Below are positions 38,229 through 49,939 of a stretch of 64,000 nucleotides of DNA, piece by piece. The stretch is from Podospora anserina. Taxonomy: Eukaryota. Numbering within the stretch: position 1 is the stretch's first letter; each line of letters begins with the position of its first letter. Below the pieces are notes generated by a model. It did not search any database and was not told the origin of the DNA. It saw nothing but the letters and a program-made list of their open reading frames with translations. The position numbers and the translations under genes were made by a program. The stretch covers positions 4,774,001 to 4,838,000 of the forward strand of contig CM030336.1 in the NCBI GenBank assembly GCA_017654855.1, written 5' to 3'.

Positions 38229-39782
38229 ATGCACGCCAATCATCTTGGGGTCCTCCTCTCGGGACTTCTTGTCTCAGCCAAGAGCGCCTCAGTTTCATCG
38301 ATCCTATTCTCCGGAGGCACAATCATTACCTTTGACCGCGCAACAAACTCTCTCGATGTCATCCGCAATGGCTCTGTCTTGGTAACCGACGACCGCATCA
38401 CCAGCGTCTTTGCTGGGTCAATTCCACCCTCTTCGGTCTCCATCCCGTCAGACGTGGAAGAGGTAGACATCACTAACAAAATCCTCACTCCCGGCTTCAT
38501 CGACACCCACCGTCACGGCTGGCAAACAGCCTACAAAACCCTCGGCAGCAACACCTCCCTCGTCGATTACTTCAACCGCTTCGGCGAGTTCCCCACCGCA
38601 GCCAACTACCCCTTCACCCCAGAAGAAATCTACTACAGCCAACTCGCCGGCCTGTACGAAGCCCTCAACGCAGGCGTGACCACCACCCTCGACCACGCCC
38701 ACGGCACCTTCTCCAACGCCACCTCCTCAGCCAGCTTCCAAGCCTCCATCGACAGCGGCGCTCGCGTCTTTTGGGCCTACGCCTTCCACGAACTAGAAAA
38801 CTACCCCCTCTCTGAACAATTCGCTCACTACCGCTCCATTTTCACCGAAGCCCCCCACCTTAACACCCCAACCACCCTCGGGATAGCGTACGACGGCTTC
38901 GGTCCCAACCCAAACCAAGAAATAATCTCCACCATCATCTCCCTCACCCACGAAACCAACGCCTCTGTCTTGACAACACACTCCGTCCAGGGACCATATG
39001 GAATCACAAACTCCCCTGAGGACTTCGCCGCCCAGTCTTTATTCACCTCCCTCCCCCCAACCACGCCAATCGTCTTCTCCCACGCATCATTCCTCTCCGC
39101 CGTCGGTGCCCAGCTCCTCCGCACATACAACCACACCATCAGCATAACACCCGAGTCGGAAATGCACTACGGGCATACCCACCCCACCTCCCATCTAATC
39201 CTCGACCGTGCCTCGATCGGGGTGGACACGCATTTCACTTTCTCGACTGATATCCTAACCCAAACACGCATGTGGCTGCAATCTGTTCGACGGCTCCTCT
39301 ACGCAGAAGTACTAAACCGTTGGCAGGTGCCAGTTAACAACCCCATGTCTGCGAACCAGGCTTTTTTACTTGCCACGCGGAACGGGGGGCTGTCGCTGAG
39401 AAGAGAGGATCTGGGGATTATTGCCCCTGGGGCGAAGGCTGATTTGGTGATTTGGGATGGAGGGACGGGGCCGAATATGTGGGGGTGGAGGGACCCGGTT
39501 GCGGCGGTGGTGTTGCACGGGAATGTTGGGGATGTGGAGGGGGTGGTGGTGGATGGGAAGTGGAAGAAGAGGGGTGGGAAGTTGACGGATGAGAGGTTTG
39601 AGGAGGTGAAAATGAAGTTTGCGGAGGTTGCGAGACGGGTGCAGGATAGGGTTGTTGAGGCGGAGGTTGGGTTGCCTGGGGAGGGGGAGAGGTTTGTGGT
39701 TAGTGGGCTGGAGTTTGGGAACAGTACCGTGGTTGATGTGCAGGTTGGGGAGGGGGATGGGTATGGGGGGTTGTTTTTGTGA
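38229..39782 (+). CDS. Secreted amidohydrolase-superfamily metalloenzyme (SAH/MTA-deaminase-like)
   Basis: Signal peptide; PGFIDTHRH (HxH), EALNAGVTTTLDHAH, VFSHAS, SITPESEMHYGH, IGVDTH, ATRNGG..LGIIAPGAKADLVIWD; single exon. Confidence 0.9.
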   Translation: MHANHLGVLLSGLLVSAKSASVSSILFSGGTIITFDRATNSLDVIRNGSVLVTDDRITSVFAGSIPPSSVSIPSDVEEVDITNKILTPGFIDTHRHGWQTAYKTLGSNTSLVDYFNRFGEFPTAANYPFTPEEIYYSQLAGLYEALNAGVTTTLDHAHGTFSNATSSASFQASIDSGARVFWAYAFHELENYPLSEQFAHYRSIFTEAPHLNTPTTLGIAYDGFGPNPNQEIISTIISLTHETNASVLTTHSVQGPYGITNSPEDFAAQSLFTSLPPTTPIVFSHASFLSAVGAQLLRTYNHTISITPESEMHYGHTHPTSHLILDRASIGVDTHFTFSTDILTQTRMWLQSVRRLLYAEVLNRWQVPVNNPMSANQAFLLATRNGGLSLRREDLGIIAPGAKADLVIWDGGTGPNMWGWRDPVAAVVLHGNVGDVEGVVVDGKWKKRGGKLTDERFEEVKMKFAEVARRVQDRVVEAEVGLPGEGERFVVSGLEFGNSTVVDVQVGEGDGYGGLFL

Positions 39783-39786
39783 AGGG

Positions 39787-39787
39787 G

Positions 39788-39832
<45 letters not shown>
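39787..39832. repeat. (GTT)n microsatellite, about 15 units
   Basis: Perfect GTT run directly after the amidohydrolase stop codon. Confidence 0.95.
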
Positions 39833-39833
<1 letters not shown>

Positions 39834-40288
39834 AACTGTTGATGTTATTTTGTAATCATCACTTGGACTGGTCTCGATCCAACAGGCGTCAGGTGTTCAG
39901 GGGCAAAATCCATCTGATCTAGAAGCAGCACAGAGAAGGTAGTGATTATACGCTCCTGTCCATGCTAGCAATTCCATTCGGATATATGAGCTATCAGGTC
40001 TGGATCACTTCCAAATTATCCGCCTGGTGACACAAAACGGACGGTTGGAGCAGGCAAAGCCGCTGCCGTGTCGGTGGTGCCATGGTAATAGAGATATGGG
40101 TGCGGAGAAGCGGGGATGACTGAATTCCTGCTCGGGACATAATTCAAGATCCCGATATTCCAAAAGACCCTTGTTATCAACAGGCCTGCCTACCTAGGTG
40201 GTAGAAACTTAATGCAAAGTCAAGTTATCAAGTCAAAGACAGCAGTCACAGATTCTTTCACCACATCTATCTTCGCCATTGACCCACA

Positions 40289-41734
40289 ATGGCCCTTGAA
40301 AAAGTAATAGTCGTCGGTGCCGGCCCCTCCGGCCTCCTCTTGACCCTCCTCCTCTCCCGGGCCTCCATCCCCGTCGAGCTCATCGAACAGACCGAAGGCC
40401 TCGACACCAACCCCCGCGCCAGCCACTACAGCCCCGAGTCCTGCTACGAATTCGACCGTGCTGGTATCCTCGACGAAGTCCGAGAAGCAGGATTCATCCC
40501 TGACGGAGTATCATGGCGAAGACTGGAAGGCGAGGACAAGCGTCGACTCATCAAAATCACCAACACGGCCCTCAAACCCGGGGATGACCCAGAATCAGCC
40601 GCCTTCAGACATCGCATGGTCTGCCTTCCGTTGCACAAACTGGGGAAAATATTGGAGACACATGTGAAGAGTCAAGGCACAGCTGAGATCAAGTATGGTC
40701 GGAAGGTTGTCGAGATTGGCGAGTATGCTGATAAAAGCAAGGCTTGGGTCAAGGTTGAAAAGGCCGATGGGAGCACCGAGATACGTGAGGCAGATTACGT
40801 TGTTGGCTGTGATGGCGCGAATAGCATCATTCGGCGGAAATTGTTTGGTGACTGGGTGTATCCAGGGTATACCTGGGACAAGCAGATTGTTGCGACAAAC
40901 ATCTATTATGATGGGTTCAAAGACGTTGACTTTGATGACAGTCAGTTCTTTGTGCATCCTGAACATTGGTGAGTCAGCAACTTTCTTGATATCGAGCGTT
41001 GCCGTCAACTGGCTCTGATATGACTCAAGGCACATGGTTGCAAGGATACAGCCTGATGGGCTTTACCGCGTAACTTATGGCGAGATCGGTGGACTCACCT
41101 ATGACCAACTCAAGGAGAGACAACCAGCCAAATTTCAAGCAATCCTACCCGGCAATCCAACCCCTGACAAATATGGACTTGTCAACTTCAGTCCGTACAA
41201 AGTCCATCAGCGATGTGTTGACAGGATGAGAGTTGGACGCTTCTTGCTTGCGGCTGACGCAGCCCATCTTTGCAATCCATTGTAAGTCATTATCCGGCCA
41301 CAGGTCCTAGCGGAAGACCCGTTGCTGACTGCAAATCAGTGGAGGCATGGGTTTGACTGGAGGCATCGCAGATGTTGGCAGTTTGTATGACTCCCTTCGC
41401 GGCATTGACAACAACAAGGCAGATGACTCTATTCTCGACAAATACGATGAAGTGAGACGGAGGATCTGGCACGAAGTCATTGATCCTATCTCTACGGAAA
41501 ACATGCAACGTCTCTTCCAGTACCAAAACGCGGATGAGTTTGTCAACAAGGATCCGTTGTACAAGCTGGTGAGGGAGATGCAGAATCCCGACAAGAAGCT
41601 TGAGAAGGGCGGCCCTCCAAATGCAAGTGTCACTGTTTCCCAGCGGTGGTTGTGGTCATGAGTCGCTGACATGGTCGAAACAGCCCGGACTGCCACCACT
41701 GACGTACGACATGACACAACATTATGTTGCATAA
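40289..41734 (+). CDS. FAD-dependent monooxygenase (FAD_binding_3 / aromatic hydroxylase type)
   Basis: [49 protein letters not shown]; introns approx. 40969-41030, 41282-41339 and a GC-AG intron 41623-41683 giving the C-terminus PGLPPLTYDMTQHYVA*. Confidence 0.9.
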
Positions 41735-42193
41735 TCCCGTTGTTACTGTCGACTGAGACTTTCTCAGCCACTTACGAGTAGCTGGAATTGGGGTTTCAAT
41801 GTCTTGGAAACTCCCCCGAAAGACCCGCTTCCGGAATGCAAATGCCTTTTAGCCGGACGGAGGGAATTCCAGAAAACTGGTAAATACTAGCCACCGTTCT
41901 GGGAAGGTCGGAGGTTAGAGCTACGCCAAGTCTTGACGGCTGGTTGCATAGCAATGGGTGAATCCTGATATGTAACTGTACCGGGTAACGTTGAGTGGAA
42001 TGCGGGGAATATCAGAGACATTGTGACGATCTCAATCTCCATATCTGAATGCAGGATCCCGATTTTACCTTCACGTGCATGCCAGGCATGGATGGGATGA
42101 TGACATGACTTTTGATCTTTTGCTCCTCCGATCATCTCTTCGGTGTTGATCCCAAACATCCCGAAGTGTCAGCTTGCGGCACAAACACCCACC

Positions 42194-44881
42194 ATGCGGC
42201 TCCAACCGTTAACCGTTGGCGTTTCTGCTGCCGCGAACTTGCATTCGGTCGCGGCCGACCCGTTGGTATTCCTGAACGGCCAGGTCACGGCCATCCCATC
42301 GTGGGACCTCCAGTCATCAGCAGAGATCGGTACAGATCTTGCGGCTCTGTCGAAAACAGGGGTCGACACCTCATCATGGCGCCACATCACCACATCGAAG
42401 TGCACTCTGATGGGCTGCCTGATCAACGCCGGGGTTTACAATGAGGATGATCTGTTCTACTCAGAAAACATGAAGAGGGTGGATGACAGGCAGTTCTCAG
42501 TCCCATGGACGTACCGACAGGAATATTCGCTCGAACCTGGCCCTGGGAAGCACTTCTTCCTCAAGACGCATGGAATAACATCACGAGCCGACATCTTCTT
42601 GAACGGAAAGCAAGTCGCGTCAAAAGATCAGCAAGCCGGTTCGTTTGCTGGCAAGAACTATGACATCACCAAGCTAGTCGCCAAACAGAATGCTCTTGCT
42701 ATTCAGGTGCACCCTACAAGCTACTACCACGATTTTGCTCTTGGGTGGGTGGATTGGAACCCATGGCCGGCCGACAACGGGACCGGCGTGTGGAGGGACG
42801 TTGAAGTCAAGCAAACGGGACCTGTAGCGCTGGAGAGCTTGCGGATCATCACAAAAGTTGGACCGACGGTTGAGAGACTAAAGGACCCAGCAACTGTCAC
42901 GCTCAAGTCTCGTGCTGAGAATTTGGAGGACAAACCCATGGTTGTGACAGCTCATGGTTCCGTCTTTGCACCGTTTGGACGGAAGGCAGCCCCGATAACA
43001 TGGAGCAAACAGCTCACCCTTCCACCACGATCCATCACCGACATCGTCCTCGAAACCACCGTGACCGACCCAGCCATATGGTGGCCAAAACAATGGGGCG
43101 ATCAACCCCTCTACAGCGGAGCCCTCGCCATCACCGTCAACAACACCCTCTCCGACTCCATCACCCAACAATTCGGCTTCCGCAGCGTCACCTCCAAGCT
43201 CAACTCCCACCAAGACGTCACCTACATCGTCAACCACGTCCCCTTCCAAGTCATTGGCGCAGGCTACACCCCCAACATCTTCCTCCAATTCGACCCCTCC
43301 AGATGGGAAGCCGAACTCCAGTACGTCCTCGACCTCGGCCTCAACACCGTCCGCCTCGAAGGCAAAAACGAGCACCCCATCCTCTACGAAATCGCCAACC
43401 GCCTCGGGGTGTTCCTCATGCCAGGCTGGGAATGCTGCGACAAGTGGGAGTCCTGGTCCTACAACCACGACCTCTTCCTCAACCCACCATTAGTCTGGTC
43501 AAACGCCGATTACACCATCGCCAACAACTCGATGCTCCACGAAGCAGCCATGCTCCAAACCCACCCCTCCGTCCTGACCTACCTCATCGGATCAGACTAT
43601 TGGCCTGACGAACGCGCCACACCCATCTACCTCAACGCTTTGAAACACTATGACTGGCAGACTCCCATCATCGGGTCGGCTTCCAAAAGGGGGTACTCCC
43701 CCCTCACCGGCCCTTCGGGCATGAAAATGGAAGGACCCTACGACTGGGTCCCCCCAAACTACTGGTACGAGACCTCCCCTCCCCGCGCAGGCTCAGCTTT
43801 CGGTTTCGGGTCAGAACTCGGCGCCGGAGTGGGAACCCCCACCGTATCCTCCCTAACGAAATTCCTCTCCCCTTCTGACCTTGACGACCTCTGGAAAAAC
43901 CCGACAAAACCATTATATCACATGTCCCGCGAAGGATCAGAGTTCACCACCCGGCAAATCTACCACTCTGCACTTTCCGCCCGGTGGGCTAGTCCGACAT
44001 CATTGGAGGATTATCTCATGAAATCGCAAATAATGGACTACGAGGCTACAAGAGCGCAGTTTGAGGCTTTTGCGGTGAAATGGAGTGATAGGAACAGACC
44101 GGCAACGGGATTGATATATTGGATGCTGAATAATGCGTGGCCGTCGCTGCATTGGAATGTTTGGGACTATTACATGAAGCCGGGGGGGAGTTATTATGGT
44201 GCGAAAGCTGGGGCTAGGAGGGAGCATGTTGTTTATGATTATATCACGAAGGAGGTTTGGATGGTTGATAGGACGGCTGATGATTTTTATCGGGAGAGGG
44301 AGGTGGAGATAGAGGTTGTGGGGTTGGATGGCGGGGTGAAGTTTGGGAGTTTGGTGAAGGTGGAGAGTTTGCCTAATGGGAGTGGGAGGGTGGCGGGGTT
44401 GGGCGGGGAGGGGGCGTTGGGGAATTTGACGGGGGGGGTGTTTTTACGGCTGGTGCTCAGGGACGGGGATGGGGGGGTGCTGAGTCGGAATGTGTACTGG
44501 TTGAGTAAGGAGCTGGATCGGTTGGATTGGGGGGAGACGACTTGGTTTGTGACGCCGGTGGGGAGGTATGCGGATTATAAGGAGTTTAATACACTCAAGG
44601 AGGCGGAGGTGACAGTTGGGGTGGAGAGGAGGGGTGAGAAAGAGGTTGTGGTTAATTTGGAGAATCGGGCTAGTGTGCCGGCGTTTTTTGTTGGTTTGGA
44701 GTTGTTGGATGGGGGTGGGAATGATGTTTTGCCGTTGACTTGGGAGGATAATTTTGTCACTTTGTGGCCGGGGGAGAAGATAAGTTTGGTTGCGAAGTCG
44801 GTTGGTTCACGAGGGTGGCAGCCGGCGAGTGTTCGTGTGGGAGGCAAGAATGTCAAGGAGATGCTTGTCAGTGTATCTTAG
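42194..44881 (+). CDS. GH2 exo-beta-D-glucosaminidase (CsxA-like)
   Basis: GWVDWNPWPADNGTGVWRDV, WWPKQWGDQPLY, GLNTVRLEGK, MPGWECCDKWE, LIGSDYWP, SGMKMEGPYDWVPPNYW, FGSELGAG, IYWMLNNAWPSLHW; single exon. Confidence 0.92.
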   Translation: MRLQPLTVGVSAAANLHSVAADPLVFLNGQVTAIPSWDLQSSAEIGTDLAALSKTGVDTSSWRHITTSKCTLMGCLINAGVYNEDDLFYSENMKRVDDRQFSVPWTYRQEYSLEPGPGKHFFLKTHGITSRADIFLNGKQVASKDQQAGSFAGKNYDITKLVAKQNALAIQVHPTSYYHDFALGWVDWNPWPADNGTGVWRDVEVKQTGPVALESLRIITKVGPTVERLKDPATVTLKSRAENLEDKPMVVTAHGSVFAPFGRKAAPITWSKQLTLPPRSITDIVLETTVTDPAIWWPKQWGDQPLYSGALAITVNNTLSDSITQQFGFRSVTSKLNSHQDVTYIVNHVPFQVIGAGYTPNIFLQFDPSRWEAELQYVLDLGLNTVRLEGKNEHPILYEIANRLGVFLMPGWECCDKWESWSYNHDLFLNPPLVWSNADYTIANNSMLHEAAMLQTHPSVLTYLIGSDYWPDERATPIYLNALKHYDWQTPIIGSASKRGYSPLTGPSGMKMEGPYDWVPPNYWYETSPPRAGSAFGFGSELGAGVGTPTVSSLTKFLSPSDLDDLWKNPTKPLYHMSREGSEFTTRQIYHSALSARWASPTSLEDYLMKSQIMDYEATRAQFEAFAVKWSDRNRPATGLIYWMLNNAWPSLHWNVWDYYMKPGGSYYGAKAGARREHVVYDYITKEVWMVDRTADDFYREREVEIEVVGLDGGVKFGSLVKVESLPNGSGRVAGLGGEGALGNLTGGVFLRLVLRDGDGGVLSRNVYWLSKELDRLDWGETTWFVTPVGRYADYKEFNTLKEAEVTVGVERRGEKEVVVNLENRASVPAFFVGLELLDGGGNDVLPLTWEDNFVTLWPGEKISLVAKSVGSRGWQPASVRVGGKNVKEMLVSVS

Positions 44882-45181
44882 TTTGTAGTACAAAAAAAGT
44901 GTTGCTCTGCAGAGATGACTGCCTAAAACACGTGTGGCAGGATGATTGTGAGATCAATGTTGGTTTGTGGTGTGACCAAACATAGGGGGTATGGGTGTGG
45001 TAGTGGGTCCACAGATGATTCAGGGGTTCAGGGGTCATGTTTGGGTGTTCTCCCTATTTTTATGTTTGGTTTCGGTTTTCGTGACTCTGACCATGTGGAA
45101 TTTTTTCGTGCCCTGCTTGTTGTTCATTGCAGACACCGGGACCCTTAAAATGGGTTCACCACTCGATGTGGGGTTTTATTC

Positions 45182-47657
45182 ATGTCTTGTTCCCGTCAGT
45201 ATCTTCGCTCCGCGTCACGTCAGAAGCTCTGCGCTGATTCCTCAGGAGACATCAATATACAAGTTCCGATTTCAATTCCTCCTTCTGCCACTTCCCCTCA
45301 ACCCTCAAGTTCTTTCAGATCCCTCACACTCCAAACCAGAGATGATACTGGTGTGGACAAGCCTCTCTCCAAACTCATACCGACTTTTGCAGTTGATGTC
45401 TCTGGGAGTACCTACCAGAATGGAGCTCTAGTTGCAGATAAGAACGCCATAATCAAGATCTCCGACCTTCTTGAGGATCAGTGGTCATCCCCCATTCTCC
45501 CTTGGAACTATATCGCCCACCCTCCGTGTGATCGCAAGACCATCGGTACACTGAAGCACAAGTATGGGACCAGACCGGGCTGCGTTGTTTGAAGGCACAG
45601 AAAGTCTAAAGATACTACGGAATTCCCCGGTATGGTTTCTTATGATGGATGGAGAGATTGGAAGGGATGAGCTACAGAAATTCACCAGCCACTTTCGCGA
45701 AAATGGCGTCCACGGTATTGCTGCAGTAGTCATTGTCTTTGGACACAGACACCGTCACTTGTCACCCTTCCACTGCAATGTCTCAGTCGGCATATCCGTT
45801 TATGGGATTGCGCCCCACGCCATCTTCTTGTTTCATGATATTCAGACCGGCATCGTCTCAGTCTTCGAGGCCAAGGGTCATTTCTCGAGAGTTATTCCTA
45901 ACGAGCGGCGGGTCACTCGACTGTGTAAAGATCCGAAATGGGAAGATCTGGTTGAAATCACGTATGATGACTTGGTCAAGGTCTCCATTCCCAAGCCATA
46001 GCTACCGGACCGTCATGTCATCAAGCTTCCTGACGGCGAGACCATCAACATGGAGGATCTTTACAGTCACTCGCTGCCATCTGACGAGATTTTTGATTTT
46101 CTTGGCTCCGCCACTGCCCTTGACGCCATGATTATTACTTCCGAGACCGCAGGGGACGGAGAGAGGCTTTCTGAAGCGCTCCGAACAGCCCTGGCGAAGG
46201 GAGTTGATTCTGCCCAGGCCGGCATCAATCTGAGCTCTGTTTACCTCAGGACCATTCTCCAAGACGCATTCGATGCCAGCGGTGCTGATACCCAGAAGCC
46301 CAATGCCATGTGGCTTGCATTGAAGCAACATAAGTTCACCCAGACGGTTGATATTGAATCCATGAAGGCACATTTACGACAGGAACACCGAGACACTCGA
46401 GCGCGTGTCAAGGCTTGTTCGACTTCTGCGCAATCCGTCACCTTTCTGGAAAAAATGTCACAAAAGGGCAAGTGGCAAGAAAAACAGAGGCACTGGCATG
46501 CTGAGGCCGCTTCTCAGAGGCCTACCAAGTCCGATGATTTTGATGAGTGTTCAACTCCTTTTAGATACATCACATCGCCTCCCGAGAAAGGCGGAAAGTT
46601 AGCGAACGGGAAGTCGGAACGACGTGATCCACCCTCGCCGGCGACCGTCGGGAGGTCAACATCATCCGTTACCTTGGATCATGAGTCACATTCGGGTGAC
46701 GGGGATAGCTACGTCCATGTCAAGGATGTAAGCACTCCCGTCTTGGATGAGAAATCCATTCTGTTGCGACCCAATTGGGACGACTTCCAGGTAGACGCGC
46801 AAGACCTTCACGACTGCTGCATCTGTGGTGAGCAGGAATGTTTACAGATGTTTTTGCTTCGACCCCATAGGAGTTATGGTATTGATCACGAGCGTAGGGA
46901 GAGATTTGTGCCTTTCATTTTCCCCATCACTTGTTGCGATAGTTGTTTTGGCGTCTTGCACCAAATGGGCAAACTGCCGAACGGTGAGGATCGCCCTACC
47001 GAGGCTGTGCCAGACCTGACACAACTACCTGAAAGAAAATCAGCACGGAAGAGATGGCTGGCTCCTTTGGAAAACATGATTGACTTCAACACCCTGCGGA
47101 CTATATGGGATACGCATGATGGCATAAAATCGTGGTTGGATTACCCCCTCGAGAACTTTATTCAGCTGATTCGACTTTGTTCACTTCACCCCGAGAACTA
47201 GGATCACGACAGACCTCAAATCCTGATCTGGGACAAGTTCTTTTACGAGCTAGCGGATAGACATTTGAAGCTATCTGCTGAGATCGGACATCATGAGAGC
47301 CTACAGAGACTGAAAGACATCCTGCCCCATCTGTCTTCTCTTTCACACAAAAGTACCAGGGCGCTGCAAGACCTCCTAGGAACATATTTGGTGCCCCAAG
47401 AAAGTCTCGATTTGTTTACGAGCTGTTTCAACGGGCACTGCAATTTCTTCGAGGCAGTAGCATCTGGCAGGTGTGACTCGGCACTACTGATTTTTCCGTT
47501 TTCGCTGGTGGCGGACTTGGAATCCATGCAGGATTCTGACTCTTTCGACCTGCACGAATTTCTGTCTAGGATGAGGAACAGCATCGGGAGGCCGGATCAA
47601 ATAGCCGCCAAAGACGCCCAAGTGTTGATTCAGCTGACGAAAGACTTAAAGGATTAG
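45182..47657 (+). pseudogene. vWA-like (DxSGS) domain protein with Cys-rich C-terminal part, disrupted
   Basis: FAVDVSGST..ILPW..GT.P..VWFLMMDGEI pattern; +1 frameshift near 45578; in-frame TAG stops at 45999-46001 and 47199-47201 joining three same-frame ORFs; CCIC..CCDSC motif. Confidence 0.65.
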
Positions 47658-47841
47658 ATGCCTAATGGCATTCAATTGGTACACAGATTGAAGGCAGACG
47701 GCCACAGGAGGTTGCGTTGATGAATAGGCAGTTAGCTTTTGCCATAGCGTTCTTAGTATGCTCATAGAAAACGCAACTTAGGTACCTAGTACCTATGTAA
47801 ATACCAGCTGTTTGTATTGCTAGTATACCGTCTTCACGATT

Positions 47842-49457
47842 TTAACGCCAAGGTACCTTACAACTTGATTCATTGGTTATGGTCTTCCTGGCTTTGATGT
47901 AGCAAGGCCACGAGTGTTGGACAACCGTGAAAAAGGCTTGCCACTTCCACTCCTGCTCCGGATTTACCTGTGAGATGTCATAGTCCCTGGCCAGCGTGGC
48001 CGCAATCTTGCTCAATTCAAGTCTTGCAATATTTTGTCCGGGACAAGAGTTGTAGCCATAACCCCACTGTACACATCAGTCAGTCAGTTTTCATAACAAC
48101 ATCACTAAAGGCTTTCACTCACAGGCATAAACCACCTGTCCAACTCCCCTGCATCCTCCCTCAACCACCTCTCTGGCTTGAACTCCCCGGCGTCCTCCCC
48201 CCATATCTCGTCCGAAAAATGCATAACCCAAGAATTCACAGACAAAATCGACCCCTTCTCAAAGCGCCTCCCCCCGATCTCCAATCCCTCAGGTCCCACC
48301 ACCCTAGGCAAGTTCATCGGCACAGGTGCAAACATCCTCAGTCCCTCATTCAAACAAGCCTGCAGATAAACCAACCTCTTCGCCTGCCCCCAGCTTACCA
48401 CCCTTTCCTCTCGTCCCCCTTCCTTCTCTTGCAGCTCGATCACCTCTTTCCTAGCCCTTTCCCAAGCCCCAGGAGTCCGTATCATGTAGTACACAAAACT
48501 CTGCAACGCGCAACTAACAGTCTCACTTGCCGCTCCCACCGTACTGACAGTAACAGCCTGTACATCCCTCCACTTTATCTTCTCAGGATGCTTCTCCATC
48601 GCCCTAAACCAATACTCCACACTATCAAACCTCGATTCGTCTCTCTTGTCCTGTAAACGGGCTTTCATCGCTTTGATGGCTGTATCAAAGAGATGTCCAT
48701 ACGGTAGGATATTAAGCCAGGTGATAAACGGGTTCCCCAATAACGCGACGTGGATGTGATAAAAAAACGCCATGGCAGACGCGTACATTGACAGCCAGTA
48801 CCCATTCGCAATCGCATTACCGACATCAGTCCCTGTCTCGAGGAAACCGAATTGACTCGAGAAGAGGATCTCCCCCGCTACATCGAACGAAGTGAACGTA
48901 AAATACTTATCCAAACCCACCTCCTTCCCCGTCCTGGCAAAACCATCAAGATGGCCAAGAAGCAAAGAGATGACGTTGTCGAGCTGAGGCTCTGACCGCA
49001 GCACGTTGGTGAGGGCATACCCCGAAGCAAAAGCCTTGCTCTTCTCCATTTTCTTTTTTGGGTCGGTGGTCGCCATGGGACTCTGGAAGCGGTAGTCTGG
49101 AATGGCAGTCATGCGGTACCAGGGACCTTTCTTGAGCTGACTCCCGAGGATTTTCTTGATGGCGTCGGGATGGGAGACGGAGACTTCATTGTGGGCGAGG
49201 CGGACAAAGTGTCCGTGCTTTTTGTGGAGGGAGACGAGCTGGAGGTTTTGGTCGCCTTTGAGGATGTGGTAGATGTGCCAGAGACGGGAGATGGAGGCGA
49301 AGGGTGGGCCGGGGATGGGGGAGAGGGGGTGGAGGTGGCGGCGGTAGATGATGATGGAGGTGATGGTTGCTAAGAGGATCTGGATGGCCAGAGTCCAACT
49401 CAGGGTCAGGCCTTTGTCTAGCAAGAGATCCATTTTCATCTTAGGAGCAAAAGACAT
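47842..49457 (-). CDS. Cytochrome P450 (pisatin demethylase / CYP57-like clan)
   Basis: N-terminal TM + HPLSPIPGP, I-helix GAASETVS, EGLR (ExxR), FKPERW; intron approx. 48068-48122; heme loop WGYGYNSCPG in the last exon. Confidence 0.93.
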
Positions 49458-49939
49458 TAGGAAGTCCTGAGGGCTTTGCGAAGACAAGAGAATTTAAATG
49501 ACTCGATTCATGTCACAAATCTGGTTATCTCGCCAGTGATTAGGTTCCATCCCGCACAGCCCAAATGCCTTGCATACTGTTTCATCAGACCACGTTTAAC
49601 AAATCAGAAGTGTTGATATGATTCGGAGAGTCGGAGTCTGTGGGTCTCTCGGCAATGCACGATCATCGCTGGACATGCCTCAAAGGAGAGGTAACAGCGG
49701 CACTATGGGAATAGTGCTGACTGTGCACACCAACATACAACTCACATGTCAGCCGAATACTATTAACGGACCAAATGCTGCGGGAAACAAGACATTGATT
49801 CGAACCTCATCGAGACTGCCAGGAGAGGTCATCATGACCAAGCAAGTTCAGTGCATTACCTGCTTACCCCGAGCCACTGACTACCCTAGATTTGTGGTAC
49901 AGAGCCATCAGTCTCTGCGGGAGACTCGTTCACCTTCCC

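Noticed and set aside
45999-47201. A-to-I editing rescue of the two TAG stops in the vWA-like gene
   Set aside because: An upstream frameshift near 45578 would still break the gene; CAG>TAG mutation is simpler.
38229-49457. Secondary-metabolite cluster (amidohydrolase, FAD monooxygenase, P450)
   Set aside because: No PKS, NRPS, terpene synthase or cluster transcription factor in the window, and the genes are interrupted by a GH2 and a pseudogene.
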